Assembly (NCBI GenBank): GCA_049303835.1
Contig: JBAQNN010000003.1
Location: 192,769-256,768 of the forward strand
Length of the DNA: 64,000 bases
Direction of reading: 5' to 3'
From: Minisyncoccia bacterium
Lineage (GTDB): Bacteria; Patescibacteriota; Minisyncoccia; Phycocordibacterales; UBA9973
Part shown: positions 49,344-60,417 of the stretch, in pieces
How the letters are laid out: the number at the start of each line of letters is the position of its first letter
Position numbering within the stretch: the stretch's first letter is position 1
Program-made: the position numbers and the translations under genes
Notes under the pieces: model-generated
Database searches by the model: none
The model's input: only the letters and a program-made list of their open reading frames with translations
What the model was told of the DNA's origin: nothing

Positions 49344-52007
49344 TTACTTATTATTTAATTTTGCTCGGGTAAGAGGCCCTACTATACCGTCGCCTACTAA
49401 TCCGTTTGCGATTTGGAATTTGATAATCGCAGCTTTTGTCATGGGGCCAAATTTTCCATCAACTACAAGCAGGCCATAGCCAGCTGTGTTTAAGAATTTT
49501 TGCAGTTCTTCAGCTTCAGAATCTACCATTCCAGATTTAAGGATCTTCGTGAATATAAATTTGAGTGCAGTTGAAGCAAGATTTATCCCACATGGTCTGC
49601 CTGTTGCCGGACTGAATAAAAATCCTTCTTTGCATCCAGCATTTAAATGAGTTGGCAAGTATGAACCAGAGGATTGTCGCCTAGTTGGTTCTGGTTCTGG
49701 AGCACCACAGACACCTCCTATGTCTATCCCCGTCTCATCTTGATTTTGAATTCCATCAGAACAAGTCGGATCTACTGGTGGAGCTTCCTCTTCAAAAATA
49801 GCGAGGGCGGTCATGTAGTCTAAGGCAGAATCTTTACCTCCTACTGTAGTCACGACTCCAGTAGTAATATCTATCGTCACTAGATCAGTAGAAGAACCAA
49901 AATCATTTCTTGTGGCAAAAAGGATACCATTCGGATCAAATTTAGCGGAAGAGATAACTTCCCCATTGTCCACAGCATACGCAGATGATTCTATTATTAC
50001 ACCAGTGTCAGGATTAACTTTGAAAAATCCCGAACTTTCCTCATCAAAAATATACAGATTATCTTCAGAGTCAAAAGCTATGCCGCCACCTCCGCCTGCT
50101 CCAATATCAGATTGACCTTGGCCCACGAGAGTGGCCGTGCAATCTTCAGTATTAATAGTATAAAGAGAATTAGAGTTTTCATTCCATCCTGATCTAGCAT
50201 ATAGACGACCATCAGACCTAAAAGCGATATCAGCAAATCCAAAACCGATTGAACACTTTAAGGTGGCTATTCCTGTAGTCGTATCTATTGTAAAAAGACT
50301 TTTAGCTGCACCGCCATCGGGATCAGTATTGGAAGTTACTCCATAAAGATTTCCAGATATTGGATCAAAATCCATACCGTTTATGTTGTACTCCATTAGA
50401 CCAATAGTGCTAGCCACTTCTCCTGTGTTTGGGTCAAGCGTAAACAAATTTGTCTCTGTGTTTTGCCCAGCCCCATTCGCGCCGTACAACACAATTGTAC
50501 CTTCAAAAGAACCTGGTGGTGAAAAATTAATTGTTCCGTTGCTGTCTATATAATTATTTACATTGCTGGCCGTGGCATTATTAGTAAATGCTCCGTCTAG
50601 GAAAGTGATAGTTAAATTGTTTACATCATCAATATCTGCATGAGCTGTGGCATTTCCTGTAAACGTCAACGTAGCTGTTTCTCCGGCCCCATCTACCGTC
50701 ATGACAGCAGTAAGTCCCGCCGGTTTATTTGTTAACGCGTAATGAATACCTTCAGATAGAGTGCCCCCTGCGTTGACGAAAGTATCATTAAATAGGGAGG
50801 CCGTTCTACTTCCAGAGAGTGAGCCATCGTTCACATATGGCTCATGGAAATTCCCAGCATATAACAAATCCAACTTTCCCAATAAAATTGAAACATTATC
50901 ACTAAAAGCTTTATTCGTCACAGCCAAATCTAAATAAGCATCATTGTTGAATAGTCCGGTGGTTATGGAAAATGCGCTACCAAAAGGATTTCCAGACATT
51001 GTATAATCTACTGCCGCACCAAATGTGCCATCACCTACTCCAAAAAGGATTGAGACAACATCTTCTCCGATATCACTTACTACTGCTAAATCTAAATAAG
51101 CATCATGATTGAATAGCCCGGTGATCATGGAAGTAGGATTTCCATTTATTCCAGTTTCACTGATTACATAACTGACTGCTGTCCCAAATGTGCCATCACC
51201 TGCCCCGAGGAGAATTGAGACATTTTTTTCATAAAAACTCGTCACCGCCAGATCAAAAAATGTATCACCATTAAAATCACCAGAAATAACAAAAGAAGGA
51301 TTGTCTCCAGCTCTATAATTTGCCGGATTGGCAAACGTACCATCACCTACCCCTAAGAGAACTGAAACGTTGTTAAGAAAAGAATTTTCTTTTACTACTA
51401 CTAAATCAAGAAAAGAATCACCATTAAAGTCGCGAGTGGTGACAGAAGCTGGATCAGTTCCAACTGCATAATTGACCGCTGCACCAAATGTGCCATCACC
51501 TGCCCCGAGAAGAATTGAGAGGCCACCTACCCAACTCGTCACCGCCAGATCTAAAAAGGCATCGTTGTTAAATAATCCAGTGATTACGGTGTTAGGACCA
51601 TCCCCAACCGCATAATTAACCGCCGTGCCAAATGTGCCATCACCTGCCCCGAGAAGAATTGAAACATTGTCACTGGCATTATTTGTCACCGCTAAATCTA
51701 AAAAGGCATCATCGTTGAATAGTCCGGCGATTATGGAGGTAGGATTATCTCCAGCTCCATAATTAACCGCCGTGCCAAATGTGCCATCACCTGCCCCGAG
51801 AAGAATTGAAACGTTGTCACTGAGGTTATTCGCCACTGCCAAATCTAAAAAGGCATCGTTATTAAATAATCCAGTGATTATGGAGGCAGGATTATCTCCA
51901 ACTCCGTAATTGACCGCTGGTAAAAAAAACCTCTCCGCCGATACAGTAGGAGCAAAAGAGAAAGTTAACATAAAAACAAAAACAATTATAATAAAATATT
52001 TTTTCAT
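49344..52007 (-). CDS. Large secreted FG-GAP/VCBS-repeat (beta-propeller) surface protein with C-terminal peptidoglycan-binding domain
   Basis: Signal peptide; ~9 repeats of NYxxGDNPxSIITGLFNNDAFLDLAV...SILLGAGDGTFG; C-terminal PG_binding_1 module ~80% identical in DNA to that of the 43938 gene. Confidence 0.65.
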   Translation of the reverse strand: MKKYFIIIVFVFMLTFSFAPTVSAERFFLPAVNYGVGDNPASIITGLFNNDAFLDLAVANNLSDNVSILLGAGDGTFGTAVNYGAGDNPTSIIAGLFNDDAFLDLAVTNNASDNVSILLGAGDGTFGTAVNYAVGDGPNTVITGLFNNDAFLDLAVTSWVGGLSILLGAGDGTFGAAVNYAVGTDPASVTTRDFNGDSFLDLVVVKENSFLNNVSVLLGVGDGTFANPANYRAGDNPSFVISGDFNGDTFFDLAVTSFYEKNVSILLGAGDGTFGTAVSYVISETGINGNPTSMITGLFNHDAYLDLAVVSDIGEDVVSILFGVGDGTFGAAVDYTMSGNPFGSAFSITTGLFNNDAYLDLAVTNKAFSDNVSILLGKLDLLYAGNFHEPYVNDGSLSGSRTASLFNDTFVNAGGTLSEGIHYALTNKPAGLTAVMTVDGAGETATLTFTGNATAHADIDDVNNLTITFLDGAFTNNATASNVNNYIDSNGTINFSPPGSFEGTIVLYGANGAGQNTETNLFTLDPNTGEVASTIGLMEYNINGMDFDPISGNLYGVTSNTDPDGGAAKSLFTIDTTTGIATLKCSIGFGFADIAFRSDGRLYARSGWNENSNSLYTINTEDCTATLVGQGQSDIGAGGGGGIAFDSEDNLYIFDEESSGFFKVNPDTGVIIESSAYAVDNGEVISSAKFDPNGILFATRNDFGSSTDLVTIDITTGVVTTVGGKDSALDYMTALAIFEEEAPPVDPTCSDGIQNQDETGIDIGGVCGAPEPEPTRRQSSGSYLPTHLNAGCKEGFLFSPATGRPCGINLASTALKFIFTKILKSGMVDSEAEELQKFLNTAGYGLLVVDGKFGPMTKAAIIKFQIANGLVGDGIVGPLTRAKLNNK

Positions 52008-52095
52008 TTATATTGATTATCAATTAATATAAATAAATATTAACACAAAAAAATTCTTTAAGGAAGATAAATACAACAGTCCTCGTTCTAAATTA

Positions 52096-52476
52096 TTAAG
52101 CCTCAACGATTGGCTTGAATCCTCCAGATGCGAAACGCTTCATATCAACCGGCATAGTGGATGGATCAAAATCTTTCATACTTGGATCATTCATTACTTT
52201 TTTGTTTACTTGGTCTCTGTGAGCGCGAGATTTATATACGATCCAAGAGAAAACAACAATTTCATCGGCTTTAAGGCCCGCAAGCTTCAAAAAGCCTTTC
52301 TGGGGCATGCCTTTTTTAATTTTTAAATCATCTCCCACGCATTCAAAATACTCTAACGCGCCATTCTTTTTCCACATCCTGGCTCCCCATTCTGCCATTT
52401 TTTTATAAGCAGCCAAGTCTTTCTTCTTTATAGGTATTACAAATCCGTCCACATATTTTTTACTTTTTGTGTTCAT
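52096..52476 (-). CDS. DUF1428-family protein
   Basis: YVDGFVIPIKKKDLAAYKKMA...EYFECVGDD...VVFSWIVYKSRAHRD pattern. Confidence 0.65.
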   Translation of the reverse strand: MNTKSKKYVDGFVIPIKKKDLAAYKKMAEWGARMWKKNGALEYFECVGDDLKIKKGMPQKGFLKLAGLKADEIVVFSWIVYKSRAHRDQVNKKVMNDPSMKDFDPSTMPVDMKRFASGGFKPIVEA

Positions 52477-52536
52477 ATATTTTATTAGACGATTAAGCTT
52501 TTAATATATTACCAATACAATAGCATAAATCACCAC

Positions 52537-52611
52537 TGGCTCCGGGGGTAGGGATCGAACCTACGACCAATCGCTTAACAGGCGACCGCTCTACCGCTGA
52601 GCTACCCCGGA
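52537..52611 (-). tRNA. tRNA-Asn (anticodon GTT)
   Basis: Hand-folded cloverleaf: acceptor UCCGGGG/CCCCGGA, D-arm GCUC..GAGC, anticodon stem GUCGC/GCGAU with loop CUGUUAA, T-arm GUAGG-UUCGAUC-CCUAC, CCA end. Confidence 0.85.
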
Positions 52612-52669
52612 ATGTGTTTAAACTTTAAAGAACTCCTAACATCTTAACAGAAATTTGAGAAAAAACAAA

Positions 52670-53734
52670 CTAGAAAATCTTGGCAAAAAGACTAATAATT
52701 GGAGACAGAATATAGTCCAAAATTTTCGGCTTATGATAACGAAAATCAAAAAGAACCGCTCCTCTCTTCCACTCTGTCGCGATATCTGAAAGCCTTCGTA
52801 CCGCACTCAAATCTTTAAAGAAAATTCCCACTTCGGAATTTAATTCAAATGATAAAAAGTCCAGATTGTTGGAACCCACTATCCCTTCTTTATCATCTAT
52901 GATGGTGACTTTGGCATGGTTCATGCGCGGTTGTAGATAGAAATTAATACCAAGCTTGGACAACTTAAACATGTAAAAATAATTCACCCTGTCAGTCAGA
53001 AAAATATCTGTGTGCTTTGGAACCAATATATCCACCCGTACTCCGCGAAGGACGGCTTGATGCAATACTCCCGTGAGCCAACGCTTTGGCATAAAATACG
53101 GAGTGATGAGAATAATTTCTTTTTGGGCCTCATTTAAATGTTTTTTGTAGATTTTCTTCAAATTAAATTTTTTCTCAATAGGGAAATGTTCCACTAGCCA
53201 AGTGCGCGTCTTGTCTAAAATAATCGGTTCTCTTTTTACTAAAACCATTTTATCTTTTCCCCCACCCTCACCATACACTCTCGCGAAGGATCTGATGAGG
53301 TGACGTACCAGACCCCTATTACCTCTGACTTCTACCACTAAATCATTCCAGAGCTTAAATTTCTGACTTATATTTACTCCTCCGACAAAAGCTCTCTTTT
53401 CATCCACAATTAAAATCTTTCTATGAGTACGATGCAAAAAATGACTTAAAAATATCAATTCCGCTCCGCTACTTCGTAATTCCATGATAGCCTCTTTGCT
53501 CAATTCTCTACTACCCAAAGAATCTAAAATTATTTTTACCCGTATACCCTTCTTGGCTTTTTCTCTCAATAATTGGAGAAAATTGTATTGAGTCATATCA
53601 TTCGTAAAAATATACATCTCAAGATAGACCGACTCTTCGGCATTTCTGATAGCCTCAAACATGGCCTGCCAAGCCCTTTCCGAATTGGTAAAAAATTTAT
53701 AGATCATACGATGATTGTACACTAAAATTTGCAT
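52670..53734 (-). CDS. Phospholipase D-family enzyme, cardiolipin synthase-like (two HKD motifs, no TM)
   Basis: HRKILIVDE...GGVN and HAKVTIIDDKEGIVGSNNLD HKD motifs. Confidence 0.8.
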   Translation of the reverse strand: MQILVYNHRMIYKFFTNSERAWQAMFEAIRNAEESVYLEMYIFTNDMTQYNFLQLLREKAKKGIRVKIILDSLGSRELSKEAIMELRSSGAELIFLSHFLHRTHRKILIVDEKRAFVGGVNISQKFKLWNDLVVEVRGNRGLVRHLIRSFARVYGEGGGKDKMVLVKREPIILDKTRTWLVEHFPIEKKFNLKKIYKKHLNEAQKEIILITPYFMPKRWLTGVLHQAVLRGVRVDILVPKHTDIFLTDRVNYFYMFKLSKLGINFYLQPRMNHAKVTIIDDKEGIVGSNNLDFLSFELNSEVGIFFKDLSAVRRLSDIATEWKRGAVLFDFRYHKPKILDYILSPIISLFAKIF

Positions 53735-53783
53735 TATTGAGAAAATAAGATAGAATATCTTTGTGCAAATAGCACCGTCGCAA

Positions 53784-53859
53784 GGGCCCTTAGCTCATCT
53801 GGTAGAGCGCCTCTTTTGCAAAGAGGAGGTAAGGAGTTCGAGTCTCCTAGGGTCCACCA
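53784..53859 (+). tRNA. tRNA-Ala (anticodon TGC) with G3:U70 identity pair
   Basis: GGGCCCUUAGCUCAUCUGGUAGAGCGCCUCUUUUGCAAAGAGGAGGUAAGGAGUUCGAGUCUCCUAGGGUCCACCA folds as a canonical cloverleaf. Confidence 0.9.
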
Positions 53860-53902
53860 TATTTAAAGTCGCTTTTATAAGCAAAAAATAGAAAATAAAT
53901 TT

Positions 53903-54274
53903 ATGGGTAAAAACGAAGGATTTTCTCCTCTATATGTCAAAAAGGAACAAGAGGAAAAAGAAAGAAAAGCAGCTGTATTAGAAAGAAAAAAAATTCGTGA
54001 AGCAAACAGAGACGAAGCTCTGTTGGCGGCGGCAGACAGCGCTGCTTTAGAATTAGCCTTGGAGAAAATCGGGGGTGAAATAAATTATAGAAACGAATTT
54101 GAGTATCAAACAGCTCGCCGAAACATTCAAAAAGAAATTAATGATTTTTTGGCAAAGAGTTCAGAATTAAAAGATTTGCTTTATGATTCTGTCGTCGGCA
54201 AGAAAGACCTCAGTGAGATTTTGACTAAAAGTCTGATGACAGTTTACAAAAACTCTATCACTCAAAAAGCTTAA
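53903..54274 (+). CDS. Hypothetical coiled-coil protein
   Basis: Track ORF; charged, helical; no domain recognised. Confidence 0.4.
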   Translation: MGKNEGFSPLYVKKEQEEKERKAAVLERKKIREANRDEALLAAADSAALELALEKIGGEINYRNEFEYQTARRNIQKEINDFLAKSSELKDLLYDSVVGKKDLSEILTKSLMTVYKNSITQKA

Positions 54275-54361
54275 ATTTTATTTCTCTCCATAAAAGCTAA
54301 ACCCCGAGCACCTGGCCCGGGGAGGAAGCGCAAGCGCCCCCTTGAAACGATTTTTTGTACA

Positions 54362-54754
54362 CTATACGCTACAACGAACGAAATGGACGGCAGGAAGCTC
54401 CACGCCCCAGTCGTGAGTCACCCACGACCAGCGGATCACAGCCCGTTGGCGAGAGATTATCACATAGGGAACATACATGCTCCCCCTGCGTGACACGACC
54501 GAGGAAAAGAGGAACAGCCTCCGCTCTCTGAAAAGAGACCTGAAGAGATTCCCCCCGTCTCTCTTGGCGATCGCCTCTCCGTCCTGGAGGTTGAGAGGGC
54601 GATCTATCTTTCGCAGGTCAAACTCTGCGGGCCCCGAGCATTCAAGCTCGGGATGAATGACCCTAGTCACCCACACGGGATACTTGGGCCGGATGCTTCT
54701 GTCTACCCGGATCATATAGTACTCTGATTCAGGTACCAGATGGACGTCGCCCAT
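54362..54754 (-). CDS. Anomalously GC-rich hypothetical ORF (130 aa from MGDVHLVPESEYY; track ORF extends further upstream to 54787) behind a 13-nt perfect anti-16S SD
   Basis: AGAAAGGAGGTGA 6 nt before ATG; ~55% GC against ~35% genomic background; GC hairpin + T-run downstream (54300-54330). Confidence 0.4.
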   Translation of the reverse strand: MGDVHLVPESEYYMIRVDRSIRPKYPVWVTRVIHPELECSGPAEFDLRKIDRPLNLQDGEAIAKRDGGNLFRSLFRERRLFLFSSVVSRRGSMYVPYVIISRQRAVIRWSWVTHDWGVELPAVHFVRCSV

Positions 54755-54838
54755 ATTCTCACCTCCTTTCTTTGAGAAGTACTTCAACTAAATAAAACCA
54801 CATTCTTCGTATTTTAGCAAGTATTAAAAAGAGCAAAT

Positions 54839-55303
54839 TTATTTTTTTGTCTCCAGCTCTTCCAATATTATTTCTCCTAATTTCTTGGAATCCTTTTCCC
54901 CCAGTTTTTTATATTCTAAAATAGCCCTTCCCAAAATTTTGGGAGATTTTTCTCCCCTTTCTATCACCGCGATGAGTATCTCTGATATTCCCCTGTCAGA
55001 ACGTATTTCCCGTAAAACTGTTTTTTTGATTTCTCCCGCCATCCTTTCTCGTTTTTGTTCAGAAATAATCTGGTTTGCTGGCACTTGGTGCATTTCATTT
55101 ATATAACCAAAATCTATTATTTGCCCGGCTTCTTTTCTTATGATGCTTTCCGCCAAAGACCTGGCTGCTTCTACTGCCGCTTCGTCAATCAATTCTTGGC
55201 ACTCAAGTCTATGCTCATCACGAGTCTTTCTTCCATTTCTATTTTTATTTTCTAAAGAAGAAGGAATACTGACAGAGTTTTTTCTTAAAAATTCAAATGC
55301 CAT
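54839..55303 (-). CDS. Hypothetical protein (154 aa)
   Basis: Track ORF. Confidence 0.4.
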   Translation of the reverse strand: MAFEFLRKNSVSIPSSLENKNRNGRKTRDEHRLECQELIDEAAVEAARSLAESIIRKEAGQIIDFGYINEMHQVPANQIISEQKRERMAGEIKKTVLREIRSDRGISEILIAVIERGEKSPKILGRAILEYKKLGEKDSKKLGEIILEELETKK

Positions 55304-55320
55304 AAATTTGTTCTTTACTT

Positions 55321-55560
55321 TTAGTTTGTCTCCAAGTTATCTTCTTCAATAATTTCAGGCTCTTCTATCCCCCTTTTTAAGAGCTCATCAATTAAAGCAT
55401 CTGTCTCTTCTCTTAATTCTTTTATCCTTTTTTTTATTTCAATTATATTTTTTACTTTTTCTATCCCCTTTACTGCCAGAGGGTTTTTTTCTTCTCCAGG
55501 AAGAACACTAAAATGCCTTTCTGTCGGGTCTATCCTACCTTTTCCAATATTTTCATTCAT
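55321..55560 (-). CDS. Small hypothetical coiled-coil protein; start reassigned to MNENIGKG because the longer track ORF would read through a terminator hairpin
   Basis: Internal Met preceded by candidate promoter TTGTAT-N17-ATTATA. Confidence 0.35.
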   Translation of the reverse strand: MNENIGKGRIDPTERHFSVLPGEEKNPLAVKGIEKVKNIIEIKKRIKELREETDALIDELLKRGIEEPEIIEEDNLETN

Positions 55561-55624
55561 AATTTTATCTTTTGTAATAATCCTTATAATAAGCGACTTT
55601 ATTAATAATACAACACTCAAAGGC

Positions 55625-55710
55625 CAAAAACAAAACCCCCGCCTTACGGCGGGGGTTTTGCGGCACTTATGTTGTCTATATAAAAATGTGAGAAACAACC
55701 TCACACTCAC
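55625..55710 (-). ncRNA. Candidate ~85-nt small RNA or leader: sigma-70 promoter (TTGCAT-N17-TATACT), 5' hairpin UGUGAG/CUCACA, and strong intrinsic terminator (CCCCCGCC-UUAC-GGCGGGGG + U-run)
   Basis: Promoter hexamers at 55740-55745 and 55717-55722 (minus strand) with 17-nt spacer; terminator 55627-55660; all read directly. Confidence 0.35.
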
Positions 55711-55763
55711 AATATAAGTATAGCATACTTCTAAAAAGAATGCAAGTTTTGGGACTGTGTAAC

Positions 55764-55795
55764 AGAAAAATCCTCTCTTGCGAGAGGATTTTTCA
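55764..55795. terminator. Intrinsic terminator immediately after the rnpB 3' end
   Basis: aaaaatcctctc-ttgc-gagaggattttt perfect 7-bp stem, bidirectional flanks. Confidence 0.6.
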
Positions 55796-55800
55796 TGTTT

Positions 55801-56154
55801 TTGTCTTGCGCCTATAAGCCGAATTTTGTACTTTGGCCGAAACCAAAGGATAGCAATTTATCTAGGCCTAAAATTACTTTCAGGCTCAAGCGATTCTCTC
55901 CGACCTAAGTCGGAGCACGATCTTGCACAGAGGTAAGGATTTAGCCGTTTCACTCTGATGTCTCCATCAGATTACCCCCGAAGGGGCCCTAGCCTTTCGG
56001 CATCGGCGTCTCTGCTCGCACCTATGCATTACTGCACACGGGAGTTACCCGCTACCATTTTTTCGCCCCGCATAAATACGGGGTAAACTGTGTTCGGACT
56101 TTCCTCCCTACAGCTTTCACCATAGAGTAGCTATCCAACGCAGGACTAGAGACA
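55801..56154 (-). ncRNA. rnpB: RNase P RNA (bacterial type A-like)
   Basis: Minus-strand sequence contains the P4 strand GGGAGGAAAGUCCGAACAC, GGGUAACUCC, and the 3' P4 strand ACAAAAUUCGGCUUAUAGGCGC; 5'/3' ends pair (UUGUCU...AGACAA); GC-rich. Confidence 0.75.
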
Positions 56155-56170
56155 ATTATACTATAAATTT

Positions 56171-56626
56171 TTAGTAAGTAAATAGCACCTCATCCCCTGC
56201 TTTCAAATTATTTTTGCCAGAAAAACCAGCTTCAACTTCCAGGACATACTTTGCGTCCATCTCTGGTCCGAATGTTTTAGGAAATGTTTCTGGTTGTGTA
56301 TCCTGAGCGACATATACTACTTTCATTTCTTCTGATATCCAGATAATATCAATTGAAAATTTCATATCTTTCATCCAAAAACTATATTTCTCTGGTTTAT
56401 CAAAAACAAAAAGCATCCCAGAATTTTCCATCAAATTACTTCGTCCACTAAGTCCTTTGTTTTGTTCTACTTCCGTCAAAGCCAATTCCACTTTAATTTC
56501 TTTTCCTGCGATCTTTACATATTTTATATCTTCCGGTTTAAAATTTTTTGGAGCAGAACCAACCAAAAACACTCCCACTCCTAGGAACATAATGACTACG
56601 AGAAAATTGATAAATTTATTTTTCAT
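56171..56626 (-). CDS. DUF192-domain protein
   Basis: N-terminal anchor; RSNLMENSGMLFVFDKPEKYSFWMKDMKFSIDIIWI matches DUF192 core. Confidence 0.65.
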   Translation of the reverse strand: MKNKFINFLVVIMFLGVGVFLVGSAPKNFKPEDIKYVKIAGKEIKVELALTEVEQNKGLSGRSNLMENSGMLFVFDKPEKYSFWMKDMKFSIDIIWISEEMKVVYVAQDTQPETFPKTFGPEMDAKYVLEVEAGFSGKNNLKAGDEVLFTY

Positions 56627-58017
56627 TTACTATCTCCGTTCCAACCAAAAAGCTTGCCGATGGTATCCGCATTTTCACGCTTACGAGCTATTTTTATCAT
56701 TCCATCTTGAGCAATAATTTTCATTGGAGCAGAGAGCAAACAATGGTGTGAAGCTAGCCCATCCTGATAGGCCCCAGTATCTAAAATAGCCATCAATTGG
56801 TCTTCACTTCCATGAAGTTTCGGCATCAAAATATAATTTCCGCCCGCCGTATATTTATCATCGGAGTCACAGGTGCTTCCAGCTAGCCATACGGTCTTGA
56901 GTGCGCCGTGCATATTATTAGCCGGGATGATATGCCATTTTTGGTGGATGGCCCAAGTATCTTTGAGATCGTTCATAAAACTACCGTCTATGATGTACCA
57001 CGCTTTTGCATTTGCTTTCGGGATAAACTTTTTAGAAAGTACTTTGTATACGGTAATCTGGGATGGAGCCACAATGTACTGCCCCCACTCTACCGCCAGA
57101 TTGGGATGCTTGATCCCCGCTTTGTCCGATAAATTTTTTAATACTTTGATAATTTTACTGGAGACACCCTTGGCAGTGTAAAATTTCTTTTTTTCATAAG
57201 GAATTCCAAAACCTCCGCCAATATCCAAAGTATCAAGCGAAGGGTGAATTTTTTGCAATTGAGCATAGATGCTGAAAGCATGCTTTACCCCGTCCAAAAT
57301 ACTTTTCTGTGTTTTTATTTGGGAACCAAGATGATAATGCATTATCTTTAAGTTTTTTATTTTACTCAAATCCAGGACATCTCTCTCTGAAAGACCAAAA
57401 CGGTCAAATTTCTTATCCCAATGAGTATCCGCTTTTATATCCAAGTCCACCCGTACACCCACATCACCCTTATACTTCAAAATTCTTTCCACCTCTTCCA
57501 AGGATTCAATGATAGGCACGATATTCATTCCCTTGGCTCGTAATTCTTCCACTAAATCCAGATATTGGTCGGTCTTTGGACCATTACAAAGTACCCGGAT
57601 TTTGCTGTTAAACTTTTCTCCTTCCCAGAGTTTTTTTACTATCCAAAGTTCATTAGCTGAGGTTACTTCCAGATTCGCTCCCTCAGATAAAATAGGAAGA
57701 ATAAATTCTTTGTTTTGATTTACTTTCATCGGGTAGTGATAAAAAAACTTACCCTTATAACCATAAATTTTTATGTAAGCTTGAAAATAACCAATCAAGT
57801 CTTTGAGTCTGTCTTCTATAATAAATGGGAAAATCACCTGTAGAGGTGTGCCATATTTATGAGCCAAATCATTAATGTTATAAACGTGATGACCTTCGGT
57901 AGCCGTCAGTTCACCATCTTTATTTACATCAAAAAACTGAGTGTTGAATTCATCTGCTCCGAGCTTCCAAAATTTTCTCCAATTTTTCCCTTGCTTTTTT
58001 ATTTTTTTGTTTGGCAT
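56623..58017 (-). CDS. Fold-type III PLP-dependent decarboxylase, biosynthetic arginine decarboxylase (SpeA)-like, short form
   Basis: GTPLQVIFPFIIEDRL...YGYKGKFFYHYPMKVNQ matches the SpeA N-terminal/PLP-lysine motifs; GGGFGIPY glycine motif. Confidence 0.65.
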   Translation of the reverse strand: MPNKKIKKQGKNWRKFWKLGADEFNTQFFDVNKDGELTATEGHHVYNINDLAHKYGTPLQVIFPFIIEDRLKDLIGYFQAYIKIYGYKGKFFYHYPMKVNQNKEFILPILSEGANLEVTSANELWIVKKLWEGEKFNSKIRVLCNGPKTDQYLDLVEELRAKGMNIVPIIESLEEVERILKYKGDVGVRVDLDIKADTHWDKKFDRFGLSERDVLDLSKIKNLKIMHYHLGSQIKTQKSILDGVKHAFSIYAQLQKIHPSLDTLDIGGGFGIPYEKKKFYTAKGVSSKIIKVLKNLSDKAGIKHPNLAVEWGQYIVAPSQITVYKVLSKKFIPKANAKAWYIIDGSFMNDLKDTWAIHQKWHIIPANNMHGALKTVWLAGSTCDSDDKYTAGGNYILMPKLHGSEDQLMAILDTGAYQDGLASHHCLLSAPMKIIAQDGMIKIARKRENADTIGKLFGWNGDSK

Positions 58018-58069
58018 CTAAGTAAAAATAAGTATAACAACCTGTCAATAAAATGCAATTAAATTAAGT

Positions 58070-58360
58070 GTATAAAAAGGGTGGCCCCGAGTGTGCTGTA
58101 GGCAACATTCGGGGCCGGATAGCTACGCGAACTCGTCATCATCCTCCGGCGGCGGACCGAAGGAGGAGTCTGCGGCATGAAGGACAGGTTCCTGTCCGAG
58201 GAACCGACGGACGTCCCCCTCAAACGGGGAATCGGTGTGAAGAAAAATGTCGGGAAGACCGACCCCGGCGCATCCGACACCACGCTCGGAACCTTCGGGA
58301 CCATTTGACGTTCTGGTCTCATCATTTTTTGTGCTCACCTCAAGCTCCTTTCTGTTCAAA
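58070..58360 (-). other. GC-rich promoter-to-terminator cassette upstream of the decarboxylase gene: either a ~70-aa acidic GC-rich ORF or a structured leader RNA
   Basis: Promoter TTGATT-N16-TATAGT at 58372-58399 (minus), SD AAAGGAG + GTG/TTG start, ORF ...GPPPEDDDEFA, then hairpin GGCCCCGA(20-nt loop)UCGGGGCC + U-run at 58078-58113. Confidence 0.35.
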
Positions 58361-58371
58361 ACTATACCAGA

Positions 58372-60397
<2,026 letters not shown>

Positions 60398-60417
<20 letters not shown>

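Noticed and set aside
55632-55660. Using the long track ORF 55321-55710
   Set aside because: It would be translated straight through a perfect 8-bp GC terminator hairpin. An internal Met with upstream promoter-like hexamers is more plausible.
58070-58360. Lysine riboswitch (L-box) upstream of the decarboxylase
   Set aside because: Only partial matches to core strings (GAGGUGAGC, CCGAAGG, CUGUCC). The downstream enzyme looks SpeA-like (YPMKVNQ, VIFPFIIEDR) rather than LysA. Kept only as an unspecified leader / GC-rich cassette.
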